A stretch of DNA of 64,000 nt, from assembly GCA_049294015.1 (NCBI GenBank), contig JBAQCH010000385.1:1111-65110 (forward strand), read 5' to 3'. The notes below the pieces were generated by a model, which was not told the DNA's origin, ran no database searches, and saw nothing but the letters and a program-made list of their open reading frames with translations. Numbering within the stretch: position 1 is the first letter of the stretch; each line of letters starts with the position of its first letter. The translations under genes were made by a program, and so were the position numbers. Of the stretch, positions 1-7,908 are shown piece after piece. This stretch comes from Anaerolineae bacterium. Its GTDB lineage: Bacteria; Chloroflexota; Anaerolineae; JAAEKA01.

Positions 1-96
1 GCAGCCAGCGTCGCTGCTCTGGCATTGTGACCGTCACGGGCCAGTTTTCGCACATCGTGTTTCATTCAAGTCATTCAGTCAAGAAGGAGATCTTTC

Positions 97-660
97 ATGA
101 CAGCAACAGCAATGGCAGCACCTAAACCCGCCCCTTGGTGGCTGATTCTGGTGCAGGGTATCCTGGCGATCGTCGTGGGCATTCTTTTCCTCACAAACCC
201 GGTCACGACATCTAAGACGCTTGTGGGCTTTTTGGGCGCCTACTGGCTCATCCTCGGCATCCTCGACATCGTCGGCTTGTTCCGTGACCGCACCGCCTGG
301 GGCTGGAAACTCTTCACCGGCATCATCGGTATTCTAGCCGGCGGCATCATCCTCACCAACTTCTTCGGCAGCGACGTCACCAGTTTAGACCGGCTGCTGG
401 TTACGGCTGGAGTAGCCACCGCCTTTGCCTGGGTAATTGGCTTCTTGGGTGTGTTCTACGGCATCATCATGCTGATCCAGGCCTTCCGCGGCGCTGGTTG
501 GGGCGCAGCCATTCTGGGCGTCCTGACTATCATCTTCGGCTTCATCATCCTGAGTAACCCGCTGTGGACAGCGCTCGGCCTGCCCTTCGTGATCGGCATC
601 TGGCTGCTGATTGGCGGGATCTCCCTGATCTTCGCCGCCTTCCGCGTGCGCAGCGCTTAG
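97..660 (+). CDS. HdeD/DUF308-family membrane protein
   Basis: 187 aa; repeated GxLxIxxG hydrophobic segments typical of DUF308/HdeD; RBS AAGGAG upstream of ATG 97; paralog at 63209. Confidence 0.7.
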   Translation: MTATAMAAPKPAPWWLILVQGILAIVVGILFLTNPVTTSKTLVGFLGAYWLILGILDIVGLFRDRTAWGWKLFTGIIGILAGGIILTNFFGSDVTSLDRLLVTAGVATAFAWVIGFLGVFYGIIMLIQAFRGAGWGAAILGVLTIIFGFIILSNPLWTALGLPFVIGIWLLIGGISLIFAAFRVRSA

Positions 661-690
661 GGTCAGCCACTGCGGCTTGAAAGCCATATG

Positions 691-735
691 AACGAGGGAG
701 TTGTCCATGTGACAACTCCCTCGTTTTTGTTTTTG
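691..735 (+). terminator. rho-independent terminator after hdeD-like gene
   Basis: stem acgagggagttgtc / gacaactccctcgt followed by T-run tttttgttttt. Confidence 0.6.
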
Positions 736-825
736 CAGCCAGGTACCATCATCATCAGCGGGGGAGTTCCGACGATTCGTGCGCTGGAGCGAGCCAGGCC
801 GAACCGTTCTGGCGGCGCTCATACC

Positions 826-854
826 TTGACAGGCAGGGGGTATCGGGAGATAAT
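826..854 (+). promoter_or_regulatory. sigma70-type promoter for cydAB (TTGACA-17-GATAAT)
   Basis: TTGACA at 826-831, 17-nt spacer, GATAAT at 849-854, about 55 nt upstream of cydA ATG. Confidence 0.55.
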
Positions 855-907
855 GTGCCGGATTGCACAGATGTCCTCTCCGTTCGTCTCTTCGAAAGGA
901 GCCTTGT

Positions 908-2302
908 ATGGACCCCGTCGCCCTCTCGCGTCTGAAGTTCCTCCTGACGGCCAGCTTTCACTTTATCTATCCCCCGCTGTCCATTGGCCTCGGATTGCTG
1001 CTTGTTGTCTTGGGTGCCCTGTATCTGCGCACCAAAGACCCCAAATGGCGTCAGCTTTCGTTCTTCTGGGTTAAGGTCTATGGCCTGGTCTTCGCCATGG
1101 GCGTTGCCACCGGCATCGTCATGGAGTTCGAGTTCGGCACCAACTGGGCCGACTACTCTCGCTTCGTGGGCAACATCTTTGGCAGCCTGCTGGCGGCCGA
1201 GGGCGTCTTCGCCTTCTTTTTGGAGGGCGGCTTCCTGGGCTTGATGCTCTTTGGCGGCAATCGCCTGGGGCCGCGCCTGTGGCTATTCGCCATCACGATG
1301 GTGGCCTTCGGCGCCCACTTCAGCGCGCTGTGGATCGTGATGGCCAACTCGTGGATGCAAACGCCGGCCGGCTATGAGCTGTCTCAGACGGCTACCGGCA
1401 CGATAGCCTTCATGACCAGCTTCCGCGAGGTGGTCTTCACCCCTTCGTTCATCCCGCGCATCCTGCACACCCTGGCGGCCTCGTGGATGGTCGGCGCGGC
1501 GCTGGTGCTGAGCGTCAGCGCGTTCTATCTGCTGAAGGGGCGCCATGTCGAGAGCTCCAAGGCAGCCTTCAAGGCAGCGCTGCCCATCTTCGTCGTCTTT
1601 AGCATCGTGCAGCTCTTGTTGTTCGGCGCCGAGTCGGCCGTTACCGTCACCGAGAACCAGCCGGTCAAGCTGGCGGCCATGGAGGGGCTGTGGGAGGATA
1701 CCGCCTGCGCGCCGATGGTGCTGGTGGGCTGGGTCGATGTGGCCGATCAGCGCACGGTGGGCATCAAGATACCCTGCATGCTCAGCATACTGGCCGGCGG
1801 CAGCCCCGACGCGGTGATCCAGGGCCTGAACTCCTTCCCGCAGGACACCTGGCCGCCGATCAACCTGGTCTTTCAGAGCTATCACCTGATGTTGGCCTTG
1901 GGCATGTCCTTCGTGGGACTCGGCCTGCTGGGCGCGCTGATGGCGTTCTGGAGGCAGCGCATCTGGCAGACGCGCTGGCTGCTGTGGCTCTTTGTAGCCA
2001 GCGTCTTCCTGACCGAGATATCGACCATGACAGGCTGGTGGACGGCTGAGTTTGGCCGCCAGCCGTGGATCGTCTGGAATCTGCTGCGCACGGCCGACGC
2101 GGTCTCGCCCAATATCACCGGCGGACAGGTCTTTGCAGCGGTGGGGATGTTCGTGCTGCTCTACGGCCTGCTGCTGGCCTTGTTCATCTTCCTGCTGAAC
2201 GAGAAGATTCAGCACGGGCCTGATCCGTATGCCGAGGAAGTGCCCGTCAGGTCGCTGCCGGACACTTTCAAGGATCTCTTCGGCCGCCGCGCCCGCGCGT
2301 AG
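908..2302 (+). CDS. cydA: cytochrome bd ubiquinol oxidase subunit I
   Basis: strong CydA-like sequence (MDPVALSRLKFLLTASFHFIYPPLSIGLG..., Q-loop); internal ATG 908 preceded by GAAAGGAG RBS, so the ORF-track start at 863 is likely too long. Confidence 0.9.
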   Translation: MDPVALSRLKFLLTASFHFIYPPLSIGLGLLLVVLGALYLRTKDPKWRQLSFFWVKVYGLVFAMGVATGIVMEFEFGTNWADYSRFVGNIFGSLLAAEGVFAFFLEGGFLGLMLFGGNRLGPRLWLFAITMVAFGAHFSALWIVMANSWMQTPAGYELSQTATGTIAFMTSFREVVFTPSFIPRILHTLAASWMVGAALVLSVSAFYLLKGRHVESSKAAFKAALPIFVVFSIVQLLLFGAESAVTVTENQPVKLAAMEGLWEDTACAPMVLVGWVDVADQRTVGIKIPCMLSILAGGSPDAVIQGLNSFPQDTWPPINLVFQSYHLMLALGMSFVGLGLLGALMAFWRQRIWQTRWLLWLFVASVFLTEISTMTGWWTAEFGRQPWIVWNLLRTADAVSPNITGGQVFAAVGMFVLLYGLLLALFIFLLNEKIQHGPDPYAEEVPVRSLPDTFKDLFGRRARA

Positions 2303-2317
2303 TGTGGAGGTGACATC

Positions 2318-3337
2318 ATGTGGCTCAACAACGTCTGGTATGTGCTCTTTGTCGTCATCATCGCCGGCTATTTGATCATGGACGGCTTCGACCTGGGCGT
2401 GGGCATCCTGCATCCCTTCCTGGCCAAGACCGACACCGAGCGGCGCGTCTCGCTCAACAGCATTGGCCCGGTCTGGGATGGCAACGAGGTCTGGCTGGTG
2501 CTGGGCGGCGGCGTGCTCTTTGCCGCCTTTCCCATGGTCTACGCCTCCCTCTTCTCCGGCTTCTACACGGCCATGATGCTGGTGCTGCTGGTGCTGATCC
2601 TGCGCACTGTGGCCATCGAGTTTCGCAGCAAGCGCCCCTCGGCCCGCTGGCGCACCACCTGGGACTGGGTCTTCTTCGGCTCGTCGCTGGGTATCGCCCT
2701 GCTGCTGGGCGTGGCCTTCGGCAACATCATGGGCGGCGTGCTGCTGGACAGCCAGGGCAACATCGGCGGCACGCTGTTCGACCTGCTCAACCCCTACGCG
2801 CTGCTGGTGGGTGTGACCACCATCTTCATGCTGGCCACGCATGGCGCGATGTACCTGAGCATGAAGACTGAGGACAACGTGCAGGCGCGGGCCAACCATT
2901 GGATTCCACGCCTGATGTTGATCTTCTTCGCACTGAACACGGTGCTGGTGGTGTGGACGGTGCTGGCGCACGAGGTGATCGCCAACCGCTACCTGGCGCA
3001 GCCGTTCTGGGCCATTTTCCCGGCCCTGGCCCTGGCGGCTGTGGTGGCCGGCTGGCTGATGGTGCGCAGGGGGCATACCTTCATCGCCTTTCTGCTCTCC
3101 TCGGCCATGATCGCCGGCCTGCTCTTCTCGGCGGCCATCGGGCTCTACCCCAACCTGTTGGTCTCCAGCATCGACACGGCCTATAACCTGACCATCTTCA
3201 ACGCGGCCTCCCAGCCCAACACGCTGACCGTCATGCTGGTGATGGCGTTGATCGGTATCCCCTTCGTGCTGCTCTACACGGCCGGCGTCTACTACGTCTT
3301 CCGCGGCAAGGTGCAGTTGAACGCGCAAAGCTACTGA
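2318..3337 (+). CDS. cydB: cytochrome bd ubiquinol oxidase subunit II
   Basis: MWLNNVWYVLFVVIIAGYLIMDGFDLGVGIL... typical CydB; GGAGGTGA RBS; 16 nt after cydA stop. Confidence 0.9.
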   Translation: MWLNNVWYVLFVVIIAGYLIMDGFDLGVGILHPFLAKTDTERRVSLNSIGPVWDGNEVWLVLGGGVLFAAFPMVYASLFSGFYTAMMLVLLVLILRTVAIEFRSKRPSARWRTTWDWVFFGSSLGIALLLGVAFGNIMGGVLLDSQGNIGGTLFDLLNPYALLVGVTTIFMLATHGAMYLSMKTEDNVQARANHWIPRLMLIFFALNTVLVVWTVLAHEVIANRYLAQPFWAIFPALALAAVVAGWLMVRRGHTFIAFLLSSAMIAGLLFSAAIGLYPNLLVSSIDTAYNLTIFNAASQPNTLTVMLVMALIGIPFVLLYTAGVYYVFRGKVQLNAQSY

Positions 3338-3371
3338 GACAACTGGCGACGAACACCAACGATGGGCGTGT

Positions 3372-3413
3372 CACAGACGGAGCTTCTTCTGAGAGGTTCC
3401 GTCTGTTTTTGTG
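3372..3413 (+). terminator. rho-independent terminator after cydB
   Basis: acagacgga / tccgtctgt stem followed by ttttt. Confidence 0.6.
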
Positions 3414-3420
3414 CATCAAT

Positions 3421-3451
3421 GCTTGATCGTTATGCCGAGATCGACTATAAT
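3421..3451 (+). promoter_or_regulatory. near-consensus sigma70 promoter (TTGATC-17-TATAAT)
   Basis: ttgatc gttatgccgagatcgac tataat in a lower-GC intergenic region upstream of the 3550 gene and cydDC. Confidence 0.5.
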
Positions 3452-3549
3452 GCGCTATACGCTTCTGTGAGTGCATTGCCTGGTATCGCGAATGATCGAG
3501 GCACACCGGCAGGAAGTGTCCTGCGCCTCTTGTAAAAGGGATGTGACCC

Positions 3550-3969
3550 ATGGATACGATTGTGCTGGAACCAAACCTGCGCGCCTGGCTGGAACAGGAT
3601 GCAGAACAAGACACTCGCAGCATCAACAATCTGATTAACGAAGCGGTCGCCCAGTATCTGCGCGAGCGACAGCAAGCCAAGCTCGACCGGGAGATCGTCG
3701 CATACGAAGCGATGCACTCCCAGTTGGCGCTCGATCACGCAGGTGAGTGGGTGGCTATCCATCAGCAGGAGCTAGTCGATCACGACCGTGATCGCGTAGC
3801 CCTCTACCGACGTATTCGTAGTCGCTTTGGACGGACGTCGGTGCTGATCCGTCAAGTCATGGACAATCCGATGGAGGAGGTGTGGTTGCGTACGCCTTCC
3901 ACCGGGAGAAACGTGCTGAATAGGTTGGTCATGGTCCTGGACGGCCCCAAACAGACCTTGCAGATATGA
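3550..3969 (+). CDS. small RHH(CopG-like)/DUF5678-like protein, translationally coupled to cydD
   Basis: 139 aa; N-terminal ribbon-helix-helix-like segment (RSINNLINEAVAQYLRER); stop overlaps cydD start (ATGA). Confidence 0.55.
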   Translation: MDTIVLEPNLRAWLEQDAEQDTRSINNLINEAVAQYLRERQQAKLDREIVAYEAMHSQLALDHAGEWVAIHQQELVDHDRDRVALYRRIRSRFGRTSVLIRQVMDNPMEEVWLRTPSTGRNVLNRLVMVLDGPKQTLQI

Positions 3970-5861
3970 CCGCTCTACCACGAATCGCAGGGAGGCGCGG
4001 CGCTGACGACTCGACGCATCAGCGAAAGCCGGGCTTGACCAGCCGGCTGCTTTCGGCCAGCCCAACGGCCCGCTGGCTGCTGTTCCTGGCCGTGACCGCC
4101 GGCTTCACAGCCGGCGCTTTGTTAGTAGCGCAGATCGTCCTGCTCAGCAGCGCGGTTCAGCGCGTCTTTATCCTCGATCAAACGCTGGGCGACGTGCTGC
4201 CGCTGCTGGGGGTGATGCTGGCGCTGCTGCTGCTGCGCGCGGGCCTGGTCTGGGCGCAGGAGGTGGCGGCCCAGGGCGCAGCCAGCCGCGTCAAGCAGGG
4301 GCTGCGCGGCCAACTGCTGGCGCGCATCTACGCGCTGGGGCCGGCCTATACCCGCAGCGAGCGCAGCGGCGAGCTGGTCAACACGGCTGTCGAGGGGGTG
4401 GAGGCCCTGGACCCCTACGTCACCCAGTTCCTGCCCGCCCGTGCGCTGGCCGTTCTGCTGCCGCTGCTGGTGCTGCTGGCCGTCTTCCTGCTGGACCGCT
4501 GGACGACGCTGGTGCTGCTCTTCGCCGGGCCGATGCTGCTCCTGCTGCTGGCCGTGATCGGCGGCCGGGCTAAGGCGCTGACCGAGCGCCGTTTCCTGGA
4601 GTTGAGCTGGCTGAGCGCCTTCTTCCTGGACGTGCTGCAAGGCATTGCTACGCTCAAGATGTTCGGACGCAGCCGCGAACAAGCCGCTACCATCGAACGC
4701 ATCAGCCAGCACTACGGCAAGACCACCATGGAGGTGCTGGCAACCGCTTTCCAGACCTCGCTGATGATGGAGTGGGCGGCCACCGCAGCCACAGCCATGG
4801 TGGCGCTGGAGGTTAGTCTGCGCCTGATCAACGGCGCGATCTCCTTCGACCGGGCGCTGGCCGTGCTGCTGCTGACGCCGGAGTTCTTCCTGCCTTTGCG
4901 CCAGATGGCGGTCAAATACCACGTCGGCACGGCCGGCCAGGCCGCGGCGCAGCGGGTGGCTGCGGTGTTGGATGAGGGGAGGGGAACTGGGGCAACTGGA
5001 GAAACCGGAGGAACTCGCGACGCTCAGACCGGTCTCCTGACCGAGCCCGCCGCGCGGTCATCCGCTGGGGCCGGTCTCCTGACCGAGCCCGCCGCGCGTT
5101 TTGACATAGGCTTCGACGACGTCTGGTTTGCCTATCCGCCGCGGGCGCAGGACAGCGGCCAGCTTGGAGAAAAGTCGGCCACTGTCCTGCGCGGTCTCAC
5201 CTTTGTCATTCCGCATGGCCAGACCACAGCGTTGGTGGGGGCAACCGGCGCAGGCAAGTCGACAGTCGCGAATCTGCTGTTGCGCTTCATCGACCCCGAC
5301 GCAGGCCGCATCACCGTGGGCGGCGTCAGCTTGGACAGCATCGGCCGCGCGGCGTGGCGGCGGCGGATAGCTATCGTGCCGCAGGCGCCGCACATCTTCC
5401 ACGGCACGGCGCTGGACAACATCCGCCTGGCCCGGCCCGAGGCCAGCATGGAGCAGGTGATCGCCGCGGCCCAGGCCGCCCACGCCCACGGCTTCATCCA
5501 GGCCCTGCCGCAGGGCTACGACACCCCGCTGGGCGAGGGCGGCGCACGGCTTAGCGGCGGCCAGCGCCAGCGCCTGGCCCTGGCGCGCGCCTTCCTCAAG
5601 GACGCCCCGCTGCTGCTACTGGATGAAGCCACCGCCAACCTGGACGCCGAGAGCGACGCCTTGATCCGCGCAGCGCTGGCTCGCCTCGCCGCCGGTCGCA
5701 CCGTCCTGCTCATCGCCCATCGTCTGGAGCTGGCCGCAGCCGCCGATCAAATCGTCGTCCTGGACGCCGGCCGCGCCGCCGAGGTCGGCAACCACGCCAC
5801 GCTCCTGGCCCAAAACGGCCTCTACACCCAACTGGTCAACAGCTACATGAACGATGAATGA
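3966..5861 (+). CDS. cydD: thiol reductant ABC exporter, CydD subunit (TMD-NBD)
   Basis: 6-TM ABC exporter domain plus NBD (Walker A GATGAGKST, LSGGQRQR signature, Walker B LLLLDEAT); directly downstream of cydAB. Confidence 0.85.
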   Translation: MTALPRIAGRRGADDSTHQRKPGLTSRLLSASPTARWLLFLAVTAGFTAGALLVAQIVLLSSAVQRVFILDQTLGDVLPLLGVMLALLLLRAGLVWAQEVAAQGAASRVKQGLRGQLLARIYALGPAYTRSERSGELVNTAVEGVEALDPYVTQFLPARALAVLLPLLVLLAVFLLDRWTTLVLLFAGPMLLLLLAVIGGRAKALTERRFLELSWLSAFFLDVLQGIATLKMFGRSREQAATIERISQHYGKTTMEVLATAFQTSLMMEWAATAATAMVALEVSLRLINGAISFDRALAVLLLTPEFFLPLRQMAVKYHVGTAGQAAAQRVAAVLDEGRGTGATGETGGTRDAQTGLLTEPAARSSAGAGLLTEPAARFDIGFDDVWFAYPPRAQDSGQLGEKSATVLRGLTFVIPHGQTTALVGATGAGKSTVANLLLRFIDPDAGRITVGGVSLDSIGRAAWRRRIAIVPQAPHIFHGTALDNIRLARPEASMEQVIAAAQAAHAHGFIQALPQGYDTPLGEGGARLSGGQRQRLALARAFLKDAPLLLLDEATANLDAESDALIRAALARLAAGRTVLLIAHRLELAAAADQIVVLDAGRAAEVGNHATLLAQNGLYTQLVNSYMNDE

Positions 5862-5932
5862 GGAACGATGAACGATGAACCGAAGAGTCATCGTCCCTCA
5901 TTCATCATTCATCATTCATCAATCATCATTCC

Positions 5933-7813
5933 ATGATACGCCTCCTCAAGCTCATCGCTCCCTTCCGCTGGTGGATCGTCGCCGGCGTGCTGTTGAGCTT
6001 CGCCGTCACCGGGGCCAGCGTCGGGCTGATGGCCGTGTCGGCCTACCTGATCTCCAAGGCGGCGTTGGCGCGCGACATGACCGACCTGGCCGTCTGGATC
6101 ACCGGCGTGCGCTTCTTCGCCGTCTCCCGGGCCGCGCTGCGTTACGCTGAGCGCTACGTCACCCACCTGGCCACCTTCCGCATCCTGACCTCGCTGCGCG
6201 TCTGGTTTTATAGCGCTGTCGAGCCGCTGGCGCCGGCCCGGCTGGCGTCATACCGCAGCGGCGACCTGTTGACCCGCATCGTAGCCGACATCGAGACGCT
6301 GGAGAACTTCTACCTGCGGGTGGTGATCCCGCCCTTGGCCGCCGCGCTGGTCACGCTGCTGGCCTGTCTGCTGCTGGGCAGCTTCGACGTCTGGCTGGGC
6401 ATCGCCTTGCTAAGTTTCTTGCTGCTCACCGGCGTCGCCCTGCCGCTGGCCAGCCGCTGGCTCAGCCGCCAGCCGGCGGCCGAGGCCATCGCCCTGCGCG
6501 CCGAGCTGAACGCCACGCTGGTGGACGACATTCAGGGCATCGCCGATCTGCTGGCCTGTGGCCAGGAAGAGGTGTACCAGGCCCGCACGCTGCGACTCAG
6601 CCAGCAACTCCACCAGGCTCAGCAGCGGCTGGCCCAGGTGCGCGGCCTGGGCAACGGTCTGGCCGCGCTCTGCGCCAGCCTGGCCGCGCTGACCGTGCTG
6701 TTCCTGGCCATCCCGCTGGTGACCGCCGGCCAGATCGACGGCGTCTTCCTGGCCCTGCTGCCGCTGGCCGCCATCGCCGCGTTCGAGGCCGTCCAGCCGC
6801 TGGCCCACGCCTGGCAGACGCTGGAATCCAGCCAGGCGGCCGCCCGACGTATCTTCGAGCTGGTCGACGCGCCAGGACTGTCAGGTCGGCGAATCGACGG
6901 CGGGACGAGCATGGGCGCGACGGGGCAGCCCCACACGTCAGCCGCCGACCTGACAGTCCTTGATGTAGTCGACGGCGGGACGAGCATGGGCGCGACGGTG
7001 CAGCCCCCCACGTCAGCCGCCGACCTGACAGTCCTTGATGTAGTCGACGCGCCAGGACTGTCAGGTCGGCGAGTCGACGGCGGGATGAGCATGGGCGCGA
7101 CGGGGCAGCCCCACACGTCAGCCGCCGACCTGACAGTCCTTGACAGCGGCGGCCTCTCTATCGAAATACGGGACCTGCGCTTCCGCTATGCTGCCGACGA
7201 GCCGCTGGTGTTGGACGGCGTCAGCTTCAGCGTGCCAGCCGGCGGCCGCGCGGCCATCGTCGGCCCCAACGGCTCCGGCAAGTCCTCGCTGGTCAACCTG
7301 TTGCTGCGCTTCTGGGACTACGAGGGGGGAACGATCCGCGTCGGGGGACGTGACTTGCGGGAGATGTCCGCCGACGAGGCGCGCGGCCTGCTGGCCGTCG
7401 TGCCGCAGCACACCCATCTGTTCAACGCCACGATTCGCGACAACCTCCACCTGGCCAACCCCGATGCCAGCGACGACGAGCTGATCGCCGCCTGCCAGCA
7501 AGCCCAGCTTCACGACTTCATCCAGAGCCTGCCGCAGGGCTACGACACGCTGGTGGGGGAGAACGGGCTGCTGCTCAGCGGCGGCGAGCGGCAGCGGCTG
7601 GCCATCGCCCGCGCCGTCCTGAAGGACGCGCCGATCCTGATCCTGGACGAGGCCACGTCGCAACTGGATGCCCTGACCGAGCAGCGCCTCTTGCAGTCGC
7701 TGGCCGCTTTCATGGGCCGCCGCACCACGCTCCTGATCTCGCACCGCCGGGCCGGGCTGGCGCAGTTCGAGCGCATCGAGCTGGAGGCCAGCAGCGCCGG
7801 GAATTACACCTAA
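5933..7813 (+). CDS. cydC: thiol reductant ABC exporter, CydC subunit (TMD-NBD) with repeat insertion in linker
   Basis: ABC exporter TMD plus NBD (GPNGSGKSS, LSGGERQR, ILILDEAT); contains three tandem ~105-bp palindromic in-frame repeats at 6864-7143. Confidence 0.85.
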   Translation: MIRLLKLIAPFRWWIVAGVLLSFAVTGASVGLMAVSAYLISKAALARDMTDLAVWITGVRFFAVSRAALRYAERYVTHLATFRILTSLRVWFYSAVEPLAPARLASYRSGDLLTRIVADIETLENFYLRVVIPPLAAALVTLLACLLLGSFDVWLGIALLSFLLLTGVALPLASRWLSRQPAAEAIALRAELNATLVDDIQGIADLLACGQEEVYQARTLRLSQQLHQAQQRLAQVRGLGNGLAALCASLAALTVLFLAIPLVTAGQIDGVFLALLPLAAIAAFEAVQPLAHAWQTLESSQAAARRIFELVDAPGLSGRRIDGGTSMGATGQPHTSAADLTVLDVVDGGTSMGATVQPPTSAADLTVLDVVDAPGLSGRRVDGGMSMGATGQPHTSAADLTVLDSGGLSIEIRDLRFRYAADEPLVLDGVSFSVPAGGRAAIVGPNGSGKSSLVNLLLRFWDYEGGTIRVGGRDLREMSADEARGLLAVVPQHTHLFNATIRDNLHLANPDASDDELIAACQQAQLHDFIQSLPQGYDTLVGENGLLLSGGERQRLAIARAVLKDAPILILDEATSQLDALTEQRLLQSLAAFMGRRTTLLISHRRAGLAQFERIELEASSAGNYT

Positions 7814-7908
7814 AATGCATCTATGATGGGGTTGCACAGCATGCATGAGTCTGCTACACTTGCTTCGATTCCTTCGATATCGGGCTATTCAGAACAGGAA
7901 ATGGGTTC

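Noticed and set aside
1283-3328. 681-aa minus-strand ORF spanning cydA/cydB
   Set aside because: Translation is Arg/Gly/His/Gln-rich low complexity, typical of the antisense frame of high-GC genes; it overlaps two strongly supported + strand genes.
4122-4922. 266-aa minus-strand ORF inside cydD
   Set aside because: Low-complexity Q/R/H-rich antisense translation with no domain signature.
6619-7116. 165-aa minus-strand ORF across the cydC repeat block
   Set aside because: It is open only because the inserted repeats are palindromic; the + strand frame continues a bona fide ABC transporter.
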